Origin: Gammaproteobacteria bacterium
Lineage (GTDB): Bacteria > Pseudomonadota > Gammaproteobacteria > Eutrophobiales > Eutrophobiaceae
Reading direction: 5' to 3'
DNA: 64,000 nucleotides
Assembly: GCA_965222155.1 (NCBI GenBank)
Contig: CBDCTH010000004.1
Span: forward strand, 128,001-192,000
In this document: in pieces, positions 8,705-19,451 of the stretch
How the letters are laid out: every line of letters begins with the position of its first letter
How positions within the stretch are numbered: position 1 is the first letter of the stretch
Position numbers and translations under genes: made by a program
Notes under the pieces: generated by a model
Seen by the model: only the letters and a program-made list of their open reading frames with translations
Told to the model about the DNA's origin: nothing
The model's database searches: none

Positions 8705-9605
8705 CTGTTTCGCTATCTTTCTGCTGTTGTTCTTGGCGGGTAGTCTTTTATCCGCGGAGCTTGACTGCCGGCCCCTGCAGATAAAAGAAATTCCCTATCC
8801 CGGTCCCGATGAGTTCGGGCAGGGATTGTTATGGAAGGTGACCAGGGAAAATCTGCCGCCGAGTTATGTGTTCGGCACCATCCACGTTGCGGACAGAAAC
8901 GTCAGCGCGCAACTGGATAAGATCAGGGACCTGTTGGCTGACAGCGAGGTTTTTATCATGGAAGCAATCCCTGAGCCGGGTGGCATTGCCTTGTTGCGGC
9001 AGATGATGTTCTTCAATGACGGCACAAAGCTGCAAGACGTCATTTCAGCCGACCTTTATGCAAAAACGCTTGCGGTGTTGAGCGCGTACCACCTGAGGGA
9101 GACGGATGTATCAGCCATGAAACCCTGGGCCGCCTACCTGACCATGAGTTATCCGGCAGACATGGGCCTCATACTGGACCAGCAATTGCTGCGCCTGGCC
9201 CGGGAGACGGAGGTAACTGCCGGGGGCCTGGAATCAATGGTGGAACAAGGCAACCTGTTCAATAGTTTTTCACTCGCCGATCAGGTACGATTATTAACTG
9301 ATGCCGTCTGCCACCGTGAGCTGTTGGTGGATGATTTTGCAAAAATGATCTCGTTATATATGGACGGGGACCTTGCGGGATTGTTTTCCTACGGCCAGCG
9401 TTACTCGTTCAGCGATAATACGCTGTACGAAACCCTGACGGAAAAATTGCTCACCAGGAGAAACCACTTGATGGTGGAAAGAATGCGGCCGGCATTGGAG
9501 AGAGGCAAGGCGTTTATCGCTGTGGGCGCCTTGCATCTTCCTGGAGAAGAGGGCGTGCTGGCTTTGCTGGAACAGCATGATTTTGATATAACCCGGGTAT
9601 TCTGA
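8682..9605 (+). CDS. TraB/GumN-family exported protein
   Basis: Signal peptide, LLWKV...SYVFGTIHV, RRNHLM, FIAVGALHLPG; start moved to ATG 8682/8685. Confidence 0.85.
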   Translation: MMTALCRNCFAIFLLLFLAGSLLSAELDCRPLQIKEIPYPGPDEFGQGLLWKVTRENLPPSYVFGTIHVADRNVSAQLDKIRDLLADSEVFIMEAIPEPGGIALLRQMMFFNDGTKLQDVISADLYAKTLAVLSAYHLRETDVSAMKPWAAYLTMSYPADMGLILDQQLLRLARETEVTAGGLESMVEQGNLFNSFSLADQVRLLTDAVCHRELLVDDFAKMISLYMDGDLAGLFSYGQRYSFSDNTLYETLTEKLLTRRNHLMVERMRPALERGKAFIAVGALHLPGEEGVLALLEQHDFDITRVF

Positions 9606-9627
9606 TGACTGACATGACGAGGCTATA

Positions 9628-10728
9628 GTGGACTTTAATCAATTTGCCGCCGACACCTGGCGCTATTTCGTGAATGAAGCATGGATAGTGCAGGTCTTTA
9701 TCCTTGTTTTTGTAACCTTGCTGATTGACTGGTTGCAGAAACGGGTGATAGCAAAATTGCAGGTGCGGGCTGAAAAGACCCGGCTCCCCTGGGACAGCGC
9801 GTTGGTGGAAACCGTCGGCAAGCCGTTGACCGTATTGATCTGGCTTATTGGTATAACCCTGGCTGCCGATATTGTCAAACATGAGACCGGGGCGGTTATT
9901 TTCGAGATCGTAGACCCGGTTCGCGAGGTGGGTGTAATCGCGGTCATCGGCTGGTTTTTAGTCAGGTTCATACAACGGGCCGAAATGCACTTCCTCAGAA
10001 TACGCGTAGAGGCCGGAATGCCGGTTGACCGGACTACCGCCGATGCCATAGCCAAGTTATTGCGTATATCGGTTCTGATTACCGCGTTTCTGGTTATATT
10101 GCAGTCTTTGGGATACAGCATTTCCGGGGTGTTGGCCTTTGGCGGCGTCAGCGGTATCGTAGCCGGGTTTGCAGCCAAGGATTTACTGGCTAACTTTTTC
10201 GGCGGTTTGATGATTTACCTGGACCGGCCTTTTGAGGTGGGAGACTGGATACGTTCGCCGGATAAGGAGATAGAGGGCACTGTGGAATATATTGGATGGA
10301 GATTAACTCGTATCCGTACCTTTGACAAAAGACCGTTATACGTCCCAAATTCTGTATTTGCCAGTATTGCCGTGGAAAATCCAGAGCGGATGACCAACCG
10401 GCGTATCTACGAAACCATAGGGATTCGCTATGATGATGCAGGCAAGATGGCCGCGATTACCCGGGACGTAAAACAGATGTTGCGCAACCACCCGGAAATT
10501 GATACGAACCAGACCATGATCGTCAATTTCATCGCGTTCGCGCCCTCATCACTGGATTTTTTTGTTTATACATTTACCAAAACGACTGAGTGGATCAGGT
10601 TCCATGAGATCAAGGAAGACGTTATGCTGAAAATTATAGAAATTGTCGAGCGGCACGGCGCTGAATGCGCCTTTCCCACCTCGACGATACACATCGCCCG
10701 CGAACAGGACAATGTGCCTGAGCACTGA
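9628..10728 (+). CDS. Small-conductance mechanosensitive channel (MscS family)
   Basis: GFAAKDLLANFFGG, DRPFEVGDWI, GTVEYIGWRLTRIRTFD. Confidence 0.93.
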   Translation: MDFNQFAADTWRYFVNEAWIVQVFILVFVTLLIDWLQKRVIAKLQVRAEKTRLPWDSALVETVGKPLTVLIWLIGITLAADIVKHETGAVIFEIVDPVREVGVIAVIGWFLVRFIQRAEMHFLRIRVEAGMPVDRTTADAIAKLLRISVLITAFLVILQSLGYSISGVLAFGGVSGIVAGFAAKDLLANFFGGLMIYLDRPFEVGDWIRSPDKEIEGTVEYIGWRLTRIRTFDKRPLYVPNSVFASIAVENPERMTNRRIYETIGIRYDDAGKMAAITRDVKQMLRNHPEIDTNQTMIVNFIAFAPSSLDFFVYTFTKTTEWIRFHEIKEDVMLKIIEIVERHGAECAFPTSTIHIAREQDNVPEH

Positions 10729-10737
10729 TCGGTTTCC

Positions 10738-11565
10738 ATGTTACTGAAGTTCACGAAAATGCACGGGCTGGGCAATGACTTTGTGGTCATTAACGCATTG
10801 GAACAGGCCGTTGAGTTGGACAGGGAACAAATTCGCAGGATTGCGAACCGCAGGCTTGGGATCGGTTGCGACCAGCTACTGGTGATTCGTCCGAATCGAC
10901 ATGAGCAGGCGGATTTTCTTTGCAGTATTTATAATTCGGATGGCAGTGAAGCCGAACATTGCGGTAACGGCATACGTTGCGTAGCTGCTTTCCTGAGGAA
11001 TAACGGTCTCATCTGCAAAGATGAGCTGGTTGCCGAGACCGGGGCCGGATTGGTAAAACTTTACTTTGAGGGCGATAACGTCAGGGTCAATATGGGCCGG
11101 CCCAATTTCAAACCGGCGGCTATCCCGCTTGCCGCTACCGAGCAGCAACAGCTCTACAATTTCGAGGTGGATGGAAAGGACATTGAGGTCGTAGCCTTGT
11201 CGCTGGGCAACCCCCATGCTGTTTTACTGGTTGATGACGTTGACAGCGTCCCTGTTACCGGGATTGCCCCGCAGGTTCAACGCCATGCCTTGTTTCCCAA
11301 TAGTGTAAACGTGGGGTTTATGCAAGTCCTGGATAATTCACATATCAGGTTGCGTGTATATGAACGCGGCGCCGGTGAGACGCTCGCCTGCGGCAGTGGG
11401 GCCTGTGCCGCCGTGGTCGCCGGAATTAAAGTGTATAATCTTGACAGGAATATCGAAGTATCATTGCCTGGCGGCAGTTTGGCGGTATCATGGGCGGGTG
11501 ATGACAAGCCGGTTTGGATGACGGGACCGACTGCAACAGTATACGAGGGAAGTATTAACTTATGA
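10738..11565 (+). CDS. dapF: Diaminopimelate epimerase
   Basis: FTKMHGLGNDF, CGNG, ERGAGETLACGSG. Confidence 0.97.
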   Translation: MLLKFTKMHGLGNDFVVINALEQAVELDREQIRRIANRRLGIGCDQLLVIRPNRHEQADFLCSIYNSDGSEAEHCGNGIRCVAAFLRNNGLICKDELVAETGAGLVKLYFEGDNVRVNMGRPNFKPAAIPLAATEQQQLYNFEVDGKDIEVVALSLGNPHAVLLVDDVDSVPVTGIAPQVQRHALFPNSVNVGFMQVLDNSHIRLRVYERGAGETLACGSGACAAVVAGIKVYNLDRNIEVSLPGGSLAVSWAGDDKPVWMTGPTATVYEGSINL

Positions 11566-12263
11566 GTATGACAGAAAAAATTTCAGACGGACCCTCCGTG
11601 ACTGCTGAAGACGTTGAAAGTTATCTCGAGAATAACCCGGATTTCTTTCTTGGCCGGCCGGAACTCCTGGCCGAACTATCCATACCACACACGTCCGGCG
11701 AAGCTGTCTCCCTGGTGGAAAAACAAGTCAAGATACTGCGTGAACAGAACGAACAAGCCCGCAAACGACTGCATGAATTGATAGAAATAGCCAAGCTGAA
11801 TGAAGACCTGGCGCACCGGATGCACCACTTGGTGTTGACCATGATAGATGCAGGCAATCCTGAAGAGATATTCAAGACACTCTACGAAAACCTGAAGCGT
11901 AATTTCAGGGCTGAGAAGGTGGCGGTAAGGTTGTTTGCCCTGTCGCCGGAAACCGAAGCTCATGCCATGGCCGAGTTCGTCGGGAAACAGGCAGAGGCGG
12001 CAAAGTTGTTTGAGACATTGATTGAGAAGCGTCTGCCGACCATAGGAGCGCCGGACACGGCACAACAGGCATTTTTGTTTGGCCCGGACAGCGCTGATAT
12101 TACATCCGTGGTATTGGTCCCTTTGCGCGGAAGCAACTGGGGGGGCGTAATGGCAATCGGTAGCCGGGACCGGGATCGTTTCCAGAAAAGCATGGGAGTT
12201 GAACTGCTGGCAAATCTTGGTGAGATGCTCAGCTTCATCCTTAAACCCTGGATAGTCGCATAG
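11562..12263 (+). CDS. DUF484 (YigA-like) protein
   Basis: YLENNPDFF, AVSLVEKQV; conserved dapF-yigA-xerC order. Confidence 0.9.
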   Translation: MSMTEKISDGPSVTAEDVESYLENNPDFFLGRPELLAELSIPHTSGEAVSLVEKQVKILREQNEQARKRLHELIEIAKLNEDLAHRMHHLVLTMIDAGNPEEIFKTLYENLKRNFRAEKVAVRLFALSPETEAHAMAEFVGKQAEAAKLFETLIEKRLPTIGAPDTAQQAFLFGPDSADITSVVLVPLRGSNWGGVMAIGSRDRDRFQKSMGVELLANLGEMLSFILKPWIVA

Positions 12264-12264
12264 C

Positions 12265-13158
12265 GTGAAACAATCCGAAGTCGCCAAGATCGATGCGTTC
12301 CTGGGGACACTGCTACATCTCTCAGGTCATACGCGCAAGGCTTATGCCGGTGATCTTGCATTTTTTTTGGATTATTGCAATCAACTCAATGTGAACGGTT
12401 GGCGCGATCTGGACGGCCGGCAGATACGGGGATATGTCACGCAAAGACACAGGAAGGGAATAGGCGGGCGGAGTTTACGGCGCAACCTGTCTTCAGTCAG
12501 GGCGTTCTACAGGTACCTGTTAACCAGGGGCGAAGTAACACAGAACCCGGCAGAAGGGATCACTACGCCCAGAACGGAAAAGAGACTGCCAAAAACACTG
12601 GATGTGGAACAGTCTGCCCGGTTGGTGGAGATCAAGGGAGATAAGGAACTGGCTGTGCGTGACAGGGCTATCCTGGAATTGATGTATTCATCGGGACTGC
12701 GATTGTCGGAATGTATCGGACTGGACCTGTACAGTGTAGACATCAGGGACCAGCTGGTAACCGTCAGGGGGAAAGGAAACAAAACGCGCAAGGTGCCGGT
12801 GGGGAGATACGCCCTGGATGCAATCAGCGCCTGGCTGAGAGTGAGGCCGCAGTTGGCGGCACTGGAAGAGACTGCCTTGTTCGTCAGCGTCCGGGGCAAC
12901 CGGATCAGCGCACGTTCCGTTCAGCAACGCTTGCGCCATTGGGCGCTGAAACAGGGTCTGGATACCCACGTGCATCCGCACATGCTGCGTCATTCATTTG
13001 CCACACACATGCTCGAATCCAGCGGCGATCTCAGGGCGGTACAGGAATTACTGGGACACGCCGATATCAGCACCACGCAAATCTACACCAACCTGGACTT
13101 CCAGCACTTGGCTAACGTATATGACCAGGCCCACCCCCGGGCCAGGAAGAAGAGTTGA
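12265..13158 (+). CDS. xerC: Tyrosine recombinase XerC
   Basis: ELMYSSGLRLSE, HPHMLRHSFATH, LGHADISTTQIY; synteny. Confidence 0.95.
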   Translation: MKQSEVAKIDAFLGTLLHLSGHTRKAYAGDLAFFLDYCNQLNVNGWRDLDGRQIRGYVTQRHRKGIGGRSLRRNLSSVRAFYRYLLTRGEVTQNPAEGITTPRTEKRLPKTLDVEQSARLVEIKGDKELAVRDRAILELMYSSGLRLSECIGLDLYSVDIRDQLVTVRGKGNKTRKVPVGRYALDAISAWLRVRPQLAALEETALFVSVRGNRISARSVQQRLRHWALKQGLDTHVHPHMLRHSFATHMLESSGDLRAVQELLGHADISTTQIYTNLDFQHLANVYDQAHPRARKKS

Positions 13159-13176
13159 GGTCAGTCTATTGATTTA

Positions 13177-13317
13177 AGCCACAGAGGACACAGAGTAAAA
13201 CAGGACAGATTTAATCTGTAGTCTGTCATTCTTGAATAGCGGGTAAAATGAATTGGCAAACATGCAGGTTACCTATGCATTAACAAGCTTCTCGATTCAC
13301 TCTGTGTCCTCTGTGGC
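13177..13317. repeat. Inverted pair, CCACAGAGGACACAGAG family
   Basis: gccacagaggacacagag ... ctctgtgtcctctgtggc; recurs at ~36291-36424 and, degenerate, near 48147-48200. Confidence 0.7.
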
Positions 13318-13346
13318 ATCCTGGAATGACATTCCTCGCCAGCCCT

Positions 13347-13820
13347 TCAGCGGCTCTTCAGCAGGCGCCGTTTTTGCAGTTGCCAGTCCCGATCCCGTTC
13401 AGTCTGACGTTTGTCATGGACTTTTTTACCCTTTGCTACGCCGATTGCCAGCTTGGCCCGGCTGCTTTTCCAATACATCGTCAGCGGGATCACGGTATAA
13501 CCCTGCCGTTCCACTGCGCTGGTCAGCCGGTTTATCTCAGCACGGTTCAGCAATAATTTCCGGGTCCGTTGCGGGTCGGTTTTAATGTGCGTCGAAGCCG
13601 TCGGCAAGGGTGTGATCAAGGCGCCGAACAGAAAAGCCTCCCTGTCTTTCAACAGGATATAACTTTCATTGATCTGTATTTTACCGGCACGCAGGCTTTT
13701 CACTTCCCATCCTTCCAGGGCCAGACCGGCCTCGAATTTATCTTCGATATAAAATTCAAACCGCGCCTTTTTATTCAGGGCGATTGTATTTTCCGGTGTT
13801 TTGCTTTTCTTTTTTGTCAC
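13347..13820 (-). CDS. smpB: SsrA-binding protein
   Basis: [32 protein letters not shown]. Confidence 0.97.
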   Translation of the reverse strand: MTKKKSKTPENTIALNKKARFEFYIEDKFEAGLALEGWEVKSLRAGKIQINESYILLKDREAFLFGALITPLPTASTHIKTDPQRTRKLLLNRAEINRLTSAVERQGYTVIPLTMYWKSSRAKLAIGVAKGKKVHDKRQTERDRDWQLQKRRLLKSR

Positions 13821-13889
13821 CAGTATTCATGCGGGAAATAGTCACCTGGAGTATAGCATTTCATGGGTGTCCTGATTTCACCACCCACC

Positions 13890-14118
13890 GGGGACAGATT
13901 TGAAATCTGTCCCCTTTCTCTTGTGGACGATTTGTGGGTATCCCAAATCTAATGCGTCCGTCATTCCGGCATTCGCCGGAATGACGGCTACTCTGGATTT
14001 CCATCCTTTGGTCCGTTAACGGCACATCCCCCTGCTTACAGCATGCAGAGCCTGCCCTGTCATGCCGTAAGCCGGGGGGCAGGCTATGTGCCACTACTCG
14101 GCATTCGCCGGAATGACG
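13890..14118. repeat. Composite palindromic repeat cluster
   Basis: ggggacagatttgaaatctgtcccc (13890-13914), ccgtcattccggcattcgccggaatgacgg (~13958-13987), partial copy ~14099-14118. Confidence 0.8.
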
Positions 14119-14222
14119 ATGGGTTGGATTCAAATGTATGCGTTTGTCTTGAATAGTTATGGAAGCAGGCTTGTGTAACACGGGAATATCCCGCAGAATT
14201 GTTGGAAACGGAGAGAGGGTAA

Positions 14223-15590
14223 ATGGCTACTAATCGTACTTCTATTCATGGTCAGTGGTCGTCAAGGTGGATATTCATCCTGGCGGCTACCGGGTCTGCC
14301 GTCGGCCTGGGCAATATCTGGCGGTTTCCATACATCACCGCGGAACATGGCGGCGGCGCTTTTGTGTTGATTTACCTGGTCTGTATCGTCCTGGTGGGTT
14401 TGCCGATTATGATGTCCGAGATCATGCTGGGACGGCGCGGGCGCCGGAGTCCCATCCACACCATGGCGGTCCTGGCTGAAGAAGAAGGACACAGCAAACA
14501 CTGGCGTCTGGTCGGTGTACTGGGGGTGTTTGCCGGATTTTTTATCCTGACCTTTTACAGCATCGTGGCCGGCTGGACCCTGGCATATATCGTGCGCGCC
14601 GCGTCAGGCATATTTACCCAGGCAAGCGCGCAGAACACACAGGATATTTTTACCGCGCTGGTGTCCGACCCGGAGCGGCTGCTGGCCTGGCACACCATTT
14701 TTATGATCATGACCGTGTTTGTCGTATCAAGAGGGGTAAAAAAAGGATTGGAGCAGGCTGTGCGTTATCTGATGCCTGCCTTGTTTCTGCTGTTGCTGTT
14801 CCTGGTAGTTTACTCTATGACCACCACAGGTTTTTCCAAGGCCGTGTCATACCTGTTCAAGCCGGATTTCAGCCAGATCGGGGCCTCCACCATACTGGTT
14901 GCTTTAGGCCAGGCATTTTTCAGTTTAAGCCTGGGTATGGGCGCCCTCATGACTTACGGTTCCTATCTCTCCGAGCGCACCTCCATTCCCGGTACGACAG
15001 TGACCATAGCGGTGATGGATACCAGTGTTGCGCTGCTGGCCGGCCTGGCCATATTTCCCATCATGTTCAGTTTCGGCTTGCAGCCGGAAGAAGGCGGACC
15101 GGGGCTGATATTTAAAATATTGCCGATAGCGTTTGGCCAGATGGCTTACGGGCGTGTCCTGGCCGTGATTTTCTTTACCCTGTTAATGTTTGCTGCCTGG
15201 ACCTCAGCCTTGTCCATACTCGAGCCCATCACCGCCTGGCTGGTGGAAAAGACGGGTTATACCAGGGCGAGGGCGGCTATCTGCGCCGGGGGTGTCGCCT
15301 GGTTACTGGGATTAGGCTCTTTGTTGTCCCTGAACCTCTGGTCCGAGGCAAAGTTGTTCGGAATGACTTTCTTTGGCCTGATGGAGCACCTCTCAGTCAA
15401 TATCATGCTGCCTGTAGGGGGCTTGTTGATATCCGTGTTTGCTGCCTGGTTTGTGTCGAAGTCATCCTCGTTTGCCGAATTGAAATTGAACAAAAACGCC
15501 TATCTGGCCTGGAAAGTGACCGCCATGTTTATCGCTCCGGCCGGGGTGATTTTAATCCTGTTGCAGGAACTGTTCGGTTTTCTGGGCTGA
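14223..15590 (+). CDS. Sodium-dependent transporter (NSS/SNF family)
   Basis: GSAVGLGNIWRFPY, GQAFFSLSLG. Confidence 0.95.
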   Translation: MATNRTSIHGQWSSRWIFILAATGSAVGLGNIWRFPYITAEHGGGAFVLIYLVCIVLVGLPIMMSEIMLGRRGRRSPIHTMAVLAEEEGHSKHWRLVGVLGVFAGFFILTFYSIVAGWTLAYIVRAASGIFTQASAQNTQDIFTALVSDPERLLAWHTIFMIMTVFVVSRGVKKGLEQAVRYLMPALFLLLLFLVVYSMTTTGFSKAVSYLFKPDFSQIGASTILVALGQAFFSLSLGMGALMTYGSYLSERTSIPGTTVTIAVMDTSVALLAGLAIFPIMFSFGLQPEEGGPGLIFKILPIAFGQMAYGRVLAVIFFTLLMFAAWTSALSILEPITAWLVEKTGYTRARAAICAGGVAWLLGLGSLLSLNLWSEAKLFGMTFFGLMEHLSVNIMLPVGGLLISVFAAWFVSKSSSFAELKLNKNAYLAWKVTAMFIAPAGVILILLQELFGFLG

Positions 15591-15591
15591 T

Positions 15592-16029
15592 GTGGGTCAG
15601 GTAAACAGGACAACCGTTGTGCCGTTCACGTCCGAGCAGATGTTTGCGCTGGTGAACGACGTTGTATCCTATCCCGGATTTTTACCCTGGTGCAGCGCTG
15701 CCGAGATCGAAGACGCCGGTGAAAACTACCTGATAGCGACGATTACCCTGTCCTGGGGCAAGATACAACAATCGGTGACCACCAGGAATACCCTGCAACC
15801 GGGCAAGCGGATTGATATGGAACTGGTCAGGGGCCCGTTACGACAGTTGTACGGCGCCTGGCGATTTGATGACGTTGCCGACGGCCAATGCCGGGTGAGC
15901 CTTGATATGGACTTTGAATTCAAAAACAAAATTCTCAAGCTGGCGCTGGATAAGGCGTTCGGCCATCTGACGTATTCATCAGTTGACGCGTTCAGGAACA
16001 GGGCGAAGCAGGTATATGGAGGGCGTTGA
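15592..16029 (+). CDS. ratA: RatA/Coq10 START-domain protein
   Basis: MFALVNDVVSYPGFLPWC; synteny with smpB and rnfH. Confidence 0.9.
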   Translation: MGQVNRTTVVPFTSEQMFALVNDVVSYPGFLPWCSAAEIEDAGENYLIATITLSWGKIQQSVTTRNTLQPGKRIDMELVRGPLRQLYGAWRFDDVADGQCRVSLDMDFEFKNKILKLALDKAFGHLTYSSVDAFRNRAKQVYGGR

Positions 16030-16321
16030 TGTCCGGCAAACGCCGTTGGCGTCTGTCGAGGTTGAGATCGTCTATGGCAAGACCGGAGCTGCACAGGTAA
16101 TCAGACAGCAAGTCCCGGGCAGCGCGACGCTGAGGCAGGCTATCGAACAATCGGGGATCCTGGAAATGTACCCTGACATCGACCTGGACAGTAATAAAGT
16201 CGGCATATTCAGCAGGAAAAGGGAATTATATGATCGAGTGAAAGCCGGTGACCGAATTGAGATTTATCAGGCATTAAAGGTGGATCCCAAAGAGGCGCGC
16301 CGCCGGCGTGCAAAAAAATGA
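16016..16321 (+). CDS. rnfH: RnfH/RatB ubiquitin-like protein
   Basis: VGIFS...GDRIEIYQALKVDPKEARRRRA. Confidence 0.9.
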   Translation: MEGVDVRQTPLASVEVEIVYGKTGAAQVIRQQVPGSATLRQAIEQSGILEMYPDIDLDSNKVGIFSRKRELYDRVKAGDRIEIYQALKVDPKEARRRRAKK

Positions 16322-16339
16322 TTGGCTAGGCGGATACCC

Positions 16340-17359
16340 ATGGCTTTGCTCAACATCAATCTGCACTCGACACCACGCTACAAGATAGTATTACTATTCT
16401 CCTCCTTGTTCGTCATCGCTGTCATCACGGGATTGGTTTCGCTGGCCAGCGGCTCGGTTTCGGTCCCGCTTCGGGAAGTGATCGATATCCTGCTGGAGCG
16501 GCCGCAGGGAATCAATTCGCAGATCATCCTGGACCTGCGTCTACCCAGGGTCACTTCAGGCTTCGTCGTCGGCGGTATGCTGGCGCTTGCGGGTGCGCTG
16601 ATGCAGATATTGTTGCGCAACCCGCTGGCAGAACCTTATATCCTGGGTATTTCCGGTGGTGCCTCCGTGTTTGCGTTGCTGGCTATCAGCATGGGGCTGG
16701 CCGGAGTATGGCTTACCCTGGGCGCCTGCTTCGGAGCATTGCTGACCATGTTCATGGTATTCATATTTTCGGGTTCCGGCGTCGGCTGGAATCCCCTGAA
16801 GGTGCTCCTGACGGGCGTCGTCATAGCGGCCGGCTGGGGCGCGCTGATCAGTTTTCTGCTTGCCATCAGCCCGGCTGCCAAGCTGCATAATATGTTGTTC
16901 TGGTTGATGGGTGATCTGAGCTTCAGCCAGCCCGGCGGCAACTATTTCCTGGTATTAATCCTGGCGGTTATCCTCGCAATGTATTACTCCCGGGCCTTGA
17001 ATTTACTGGCAGTCGGCGACATGCAGGCCGCCGCGCTGGGCGTCTCCGTCAACCGGTTGCGCGTGTTTACTTATTTCCTGGCGTCAGTATTGACGGCGGC
17101 GGCAGTCATACAGGCAGGGAGTATAGGATTTATAGGCTTGATTATTCCACATGCAGTCAGGTTGCTGATCGGCAATGATAACCGCCTGTTGCTGCCGGCC
17201 TCAATGTTGGCGGGGGGCATACTGCTTGTGTTCGCCGATTTGCTGGCGCGCATCCTGCTGGCGCCCCGGCAACTGCCCGTCGGCGTCCTGACAGCGCTGA
17301 TCGGCGTGCCTGTGTTTCTCCTGTTGCTGCGATCCACTGCCGCAAGGCAAAGACCATGA
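16340..17359 (+). CDS. btuC: FecCD/BtuC-family ABC permease, probably cobalamin
   Basis: LRLPR, LLRNPLAEPYILGISGGA, IGFIGLIIPH, LPVGVLTALIG; B12 context. Start could also be TTG 16322. Confidence 0.8.
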   Translation: MALLNINLHSTPRYKIVLLFSSLFVIAVITGLVSLASGSVSVPLREVIDILLERPQGINSQIILDLRLPRVTSGFVVGGMLALAGALMQILLRNPLAEPYILGISGGASVFALLAISMGLAGVWLTLGACFGALLTMFMVFIFSGSGVGWNPLKVLLTGVVIAAGWGALISFLLAISPAAKLHNMLFWLMGDLSFSQPGGNYFLVLILAVILAMYYSRALNLLAVGDMQAAALGVSVNRLRVFTYFLASVLTAAAVIQAGSIGFIGLIIPHAVRLLIGNDNRLLLPASMLAGGILLVFADLLARILLAPRQLPVGVLTALIGVPVFLLLLRSTAARQRP

Positions 17360-17433
17360 GCCCGGCGATCTACAGCACGCGCCGGTCTACCGGATTCCGG
17401 AAAATGGTCTTATGGCTGTCAATAGATTAGCAA

Positions 17434-18201
17434 ATGCCTACTTTATACACAGAAGGGTTGACCGTACGCGCCGGGCAGAAACTGATCTGCCGGGATTTCA
17501 ACCTGAAGATCAGTGCGGGAGAACATTGGGGGATACTGGGCGGCAACGGGGTTGGCAAAACAACCTTGCTGCATACGCTGGCCGGATTGAGGAAACCGGT
17601 CGGCGGCAGGATCATGCTGGATGATATTGATTTACAGAATTACAAACGCCTGCGCCTGGCCCGGAAGCTCGGCGTATTGTTTCAGGACAGCCAGGATACG
17701 TTTCCGGCTACGGTGAAGGAAACCGTGTTAGCGGGGAGGTATCCCTATCAGTCGTTCTGGCCACCGGAACAGCGCGCAGACCTGGTTCTGGCGGATACGG
17801 CGCTGGCGCAGTTAAACCTGTCGCCGATGCAGAACCGTCAAGTGGATACCCTGTCGGGTGGGGAACGACGGCGCCTGGCTATTGCCACCTTGTTTTTACA
17901 GGACCCCGGACTGTGGTTGCTGGATGAACCGACTAACCATCTTGATTTCCATCACCAGATTCAAGTCCTCGACCTGATAGGGCAACGCGTCAGGGACAGC
18001 AATGGGGCCTTGTTGATGGTGCTGCACGACGTCAACCTGATCAGTCGCTATTGCAGTCACGCAATCCTGATGTCGGGCACGGAACAGATGCTATGCGGCG
18101 AGGTTGCGACAATCATAAACAAGGTTAACCTGGAAAACCTGTACCGACATCCCATCCATGAGTTGTCGAGTGAAGGGCGGAAATTTTATTTCCCCGCTTG
18201 A
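17434..18201 (+). CDS. ABC transporter ATP-binding subunit (FecE/BtuD-like)
   Basis: GGNGVGKTT, LSGGERRR, LLDEPTNHLD. Confidence 0.9.
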   Translation: MPTLYTEGLTVRAGQKLICRDFNLKISAGEHWGILGGNGVGKTTLLHTLAGLRKPVGGRIMLDDIDLQNYKRLRLARKLGVLFQDSQDTFPATVKETVLAGRYPYQSFWPPEQRADLVLADTALAQLNLSPMQNRQVDTLSGGERRRLAIATLFLQDPGLWLLDEPTNHLDFHHQIQVLDLIGQRVRDSNGALLMVLHDVNLISRYCSHAILMSGTEQMLCGEVATIINKVNLENLYRHPIHELSSEGRKFYFPA

Positions 18202-18252
18202 TATCTATCGTGCCGTCATGCCGGCGCATGCCCACGCCTGTTGCTTAATGTA

Positions 18253-18795
18253 TCAAGGCTGTGCCGGACTGTCGTCAACGTGTGTGTCAGGTTCGGCAGT
18301 TTCTTGATTTTCCTCTTTTTTCTTCAATTCGGGTTCGTCGTCGTCACCGGTAAATGGCAGTTTATTGAATAATTTGCTGAAAAAGCCGCGTCTCTTATAT
18401 TTGCGTAACGGGACATCCACGATCTTTGAGGCTTTGTTTGTTATATCCTCGGGTCTTTCAAGTCCCGGAACGACGTCACCGTCAACGTAAGCCAGTTTCT
18501 CGTCTTTGAAATGTAGCGTAATATGACGCTGTTGCCGCTGGCGGCCCCCTTTCGAAAAGGTATAGATGTACTCCCAGCGGTTTGTATGAAAAGGGTCGAC
18601 CAACGGCGGCGTCCCCATAATGAACTGCACCTGGGTTTTATCCATGCCGGGCTTCAGTCTGGACAGCATCTCGCCGCCAATAATACTGCCCTGCTGTATG
18701 TCGATTCGATAAACCCCCGGCAGTTTAAAGGACCCTTCATGGCTGCACGCCGCGAGAAAGAATGCAAGTGATAGTAATAAAAATCTCATCGCCAT
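18253..18795 (-). CDS. bamE: Outer membrane assembly lipoprotein BamE
   Basis: Lipobox LAAC, YRIDIQQG, GMDKTQVQFIMGTP; divergent from fur. Confidence 0.93.
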   Translation of the reverse strand: MAMRFLLLSLAFFLAACSHEGSFKLPGVYRIDIQQGSIIGGEMLSRLKPGMDKTQVQFIMGTPPLVDPFHTNRWEYIYTFSKGGRQRQQRHITLHFKDEKLAYVDGDVVPGLERPEDITNKASKIVDVPLRKYKRRGFFSKLFNKLPFTGDDDEPELKKKEENQETAEPDTHVDDSPAQP

Positions 18796-18887
18796 AATTT
18801 ACGACATTCCTGCCGACATGCAGTATACTTAACTCTGAGAGGGTTATCAGAGTTTCTTTTACTATTTTTACGGGCAGGAAAAATCCT

Positions 18888-19286
18888 ATGGACAGTAAGT
18901 CTCTGAAAGAAGCGGGTTTGAAAGCGACACTGCCGCGTATCCGGATACTGGAAATCCTGGAGGCGTCTGATCAAAAGCACGTGAGTGCAGAAGATGTCTA
19001 TAAAGCCCTGCTGGATGCTGGGGAAGACGTGGGTCTGGCAACTGTCTACCGGGTGCTCACACAATTCGAGGCCGCCGGCCTGGTAATTCGCCATCATTTC
19101 GATTCAGGTTATTCCGTGTTTGAACTGGACCGCGGCGGACACCATGATCACATGGTCTGCATCAAGACCGGTAAAGTCATCGAATTTGAGAATGAGGAAA
19201 TTGAAAAGCTGCAACGTCAGATTGCGGAAGAACACGGTTACGAACTGGCTGAACACAGCCTGATACTTTACGTGAGACCCAAATAA
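18888..19286 (+). CDS. fur: Ferric uptake regulator
   Basis: GLKATLPR, GLATVYRVLTQFE, HHDHMVC. Confidence 0.97.
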   Translation: MDSKSLKEAGLKATLPRIRILEILEASDQKHVSAEDVYKALLDAGEDVGLATVYRVLTQFEAAGLVIRHHFDSGYSVFELDRGGHHDHMVCIKTGKVIEFENEEIEKLQRQIAEEHGYELAEHSLILYVRPK

Positions 19287-19451
19287 CATTGAGCCCGAAA
19301 GGCTGCGCCGCCCGCCTGGTTTCTGTCGGCTGGGAACGTCCAGGTAGTGGCGCACAGCAACGCAACCCTGGATTTACTGAACGATACCAACCACCTGGCA
19401 GGTGATTAATGCTGTCCGGCCATTCTCCGAGTTGGCCGATCAATGAGTAAT

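Noticed and set aside
12265-13158. Tyrosine recombinase as an island or integron integrase
   Set aside because: Sits in the canonical dapF-DUF484-xerC context and I saw no attC array
13821-14222. tmRNA next to smpB
   Set aside because: No tRNA-Ala-like ends or tag ORF; the spacer consists of palindromic repeats
15592-16321. ratA-rnfH as an accessory TA system
   Set aside because: Conserved core genes; RatA is a Coq10-like protein
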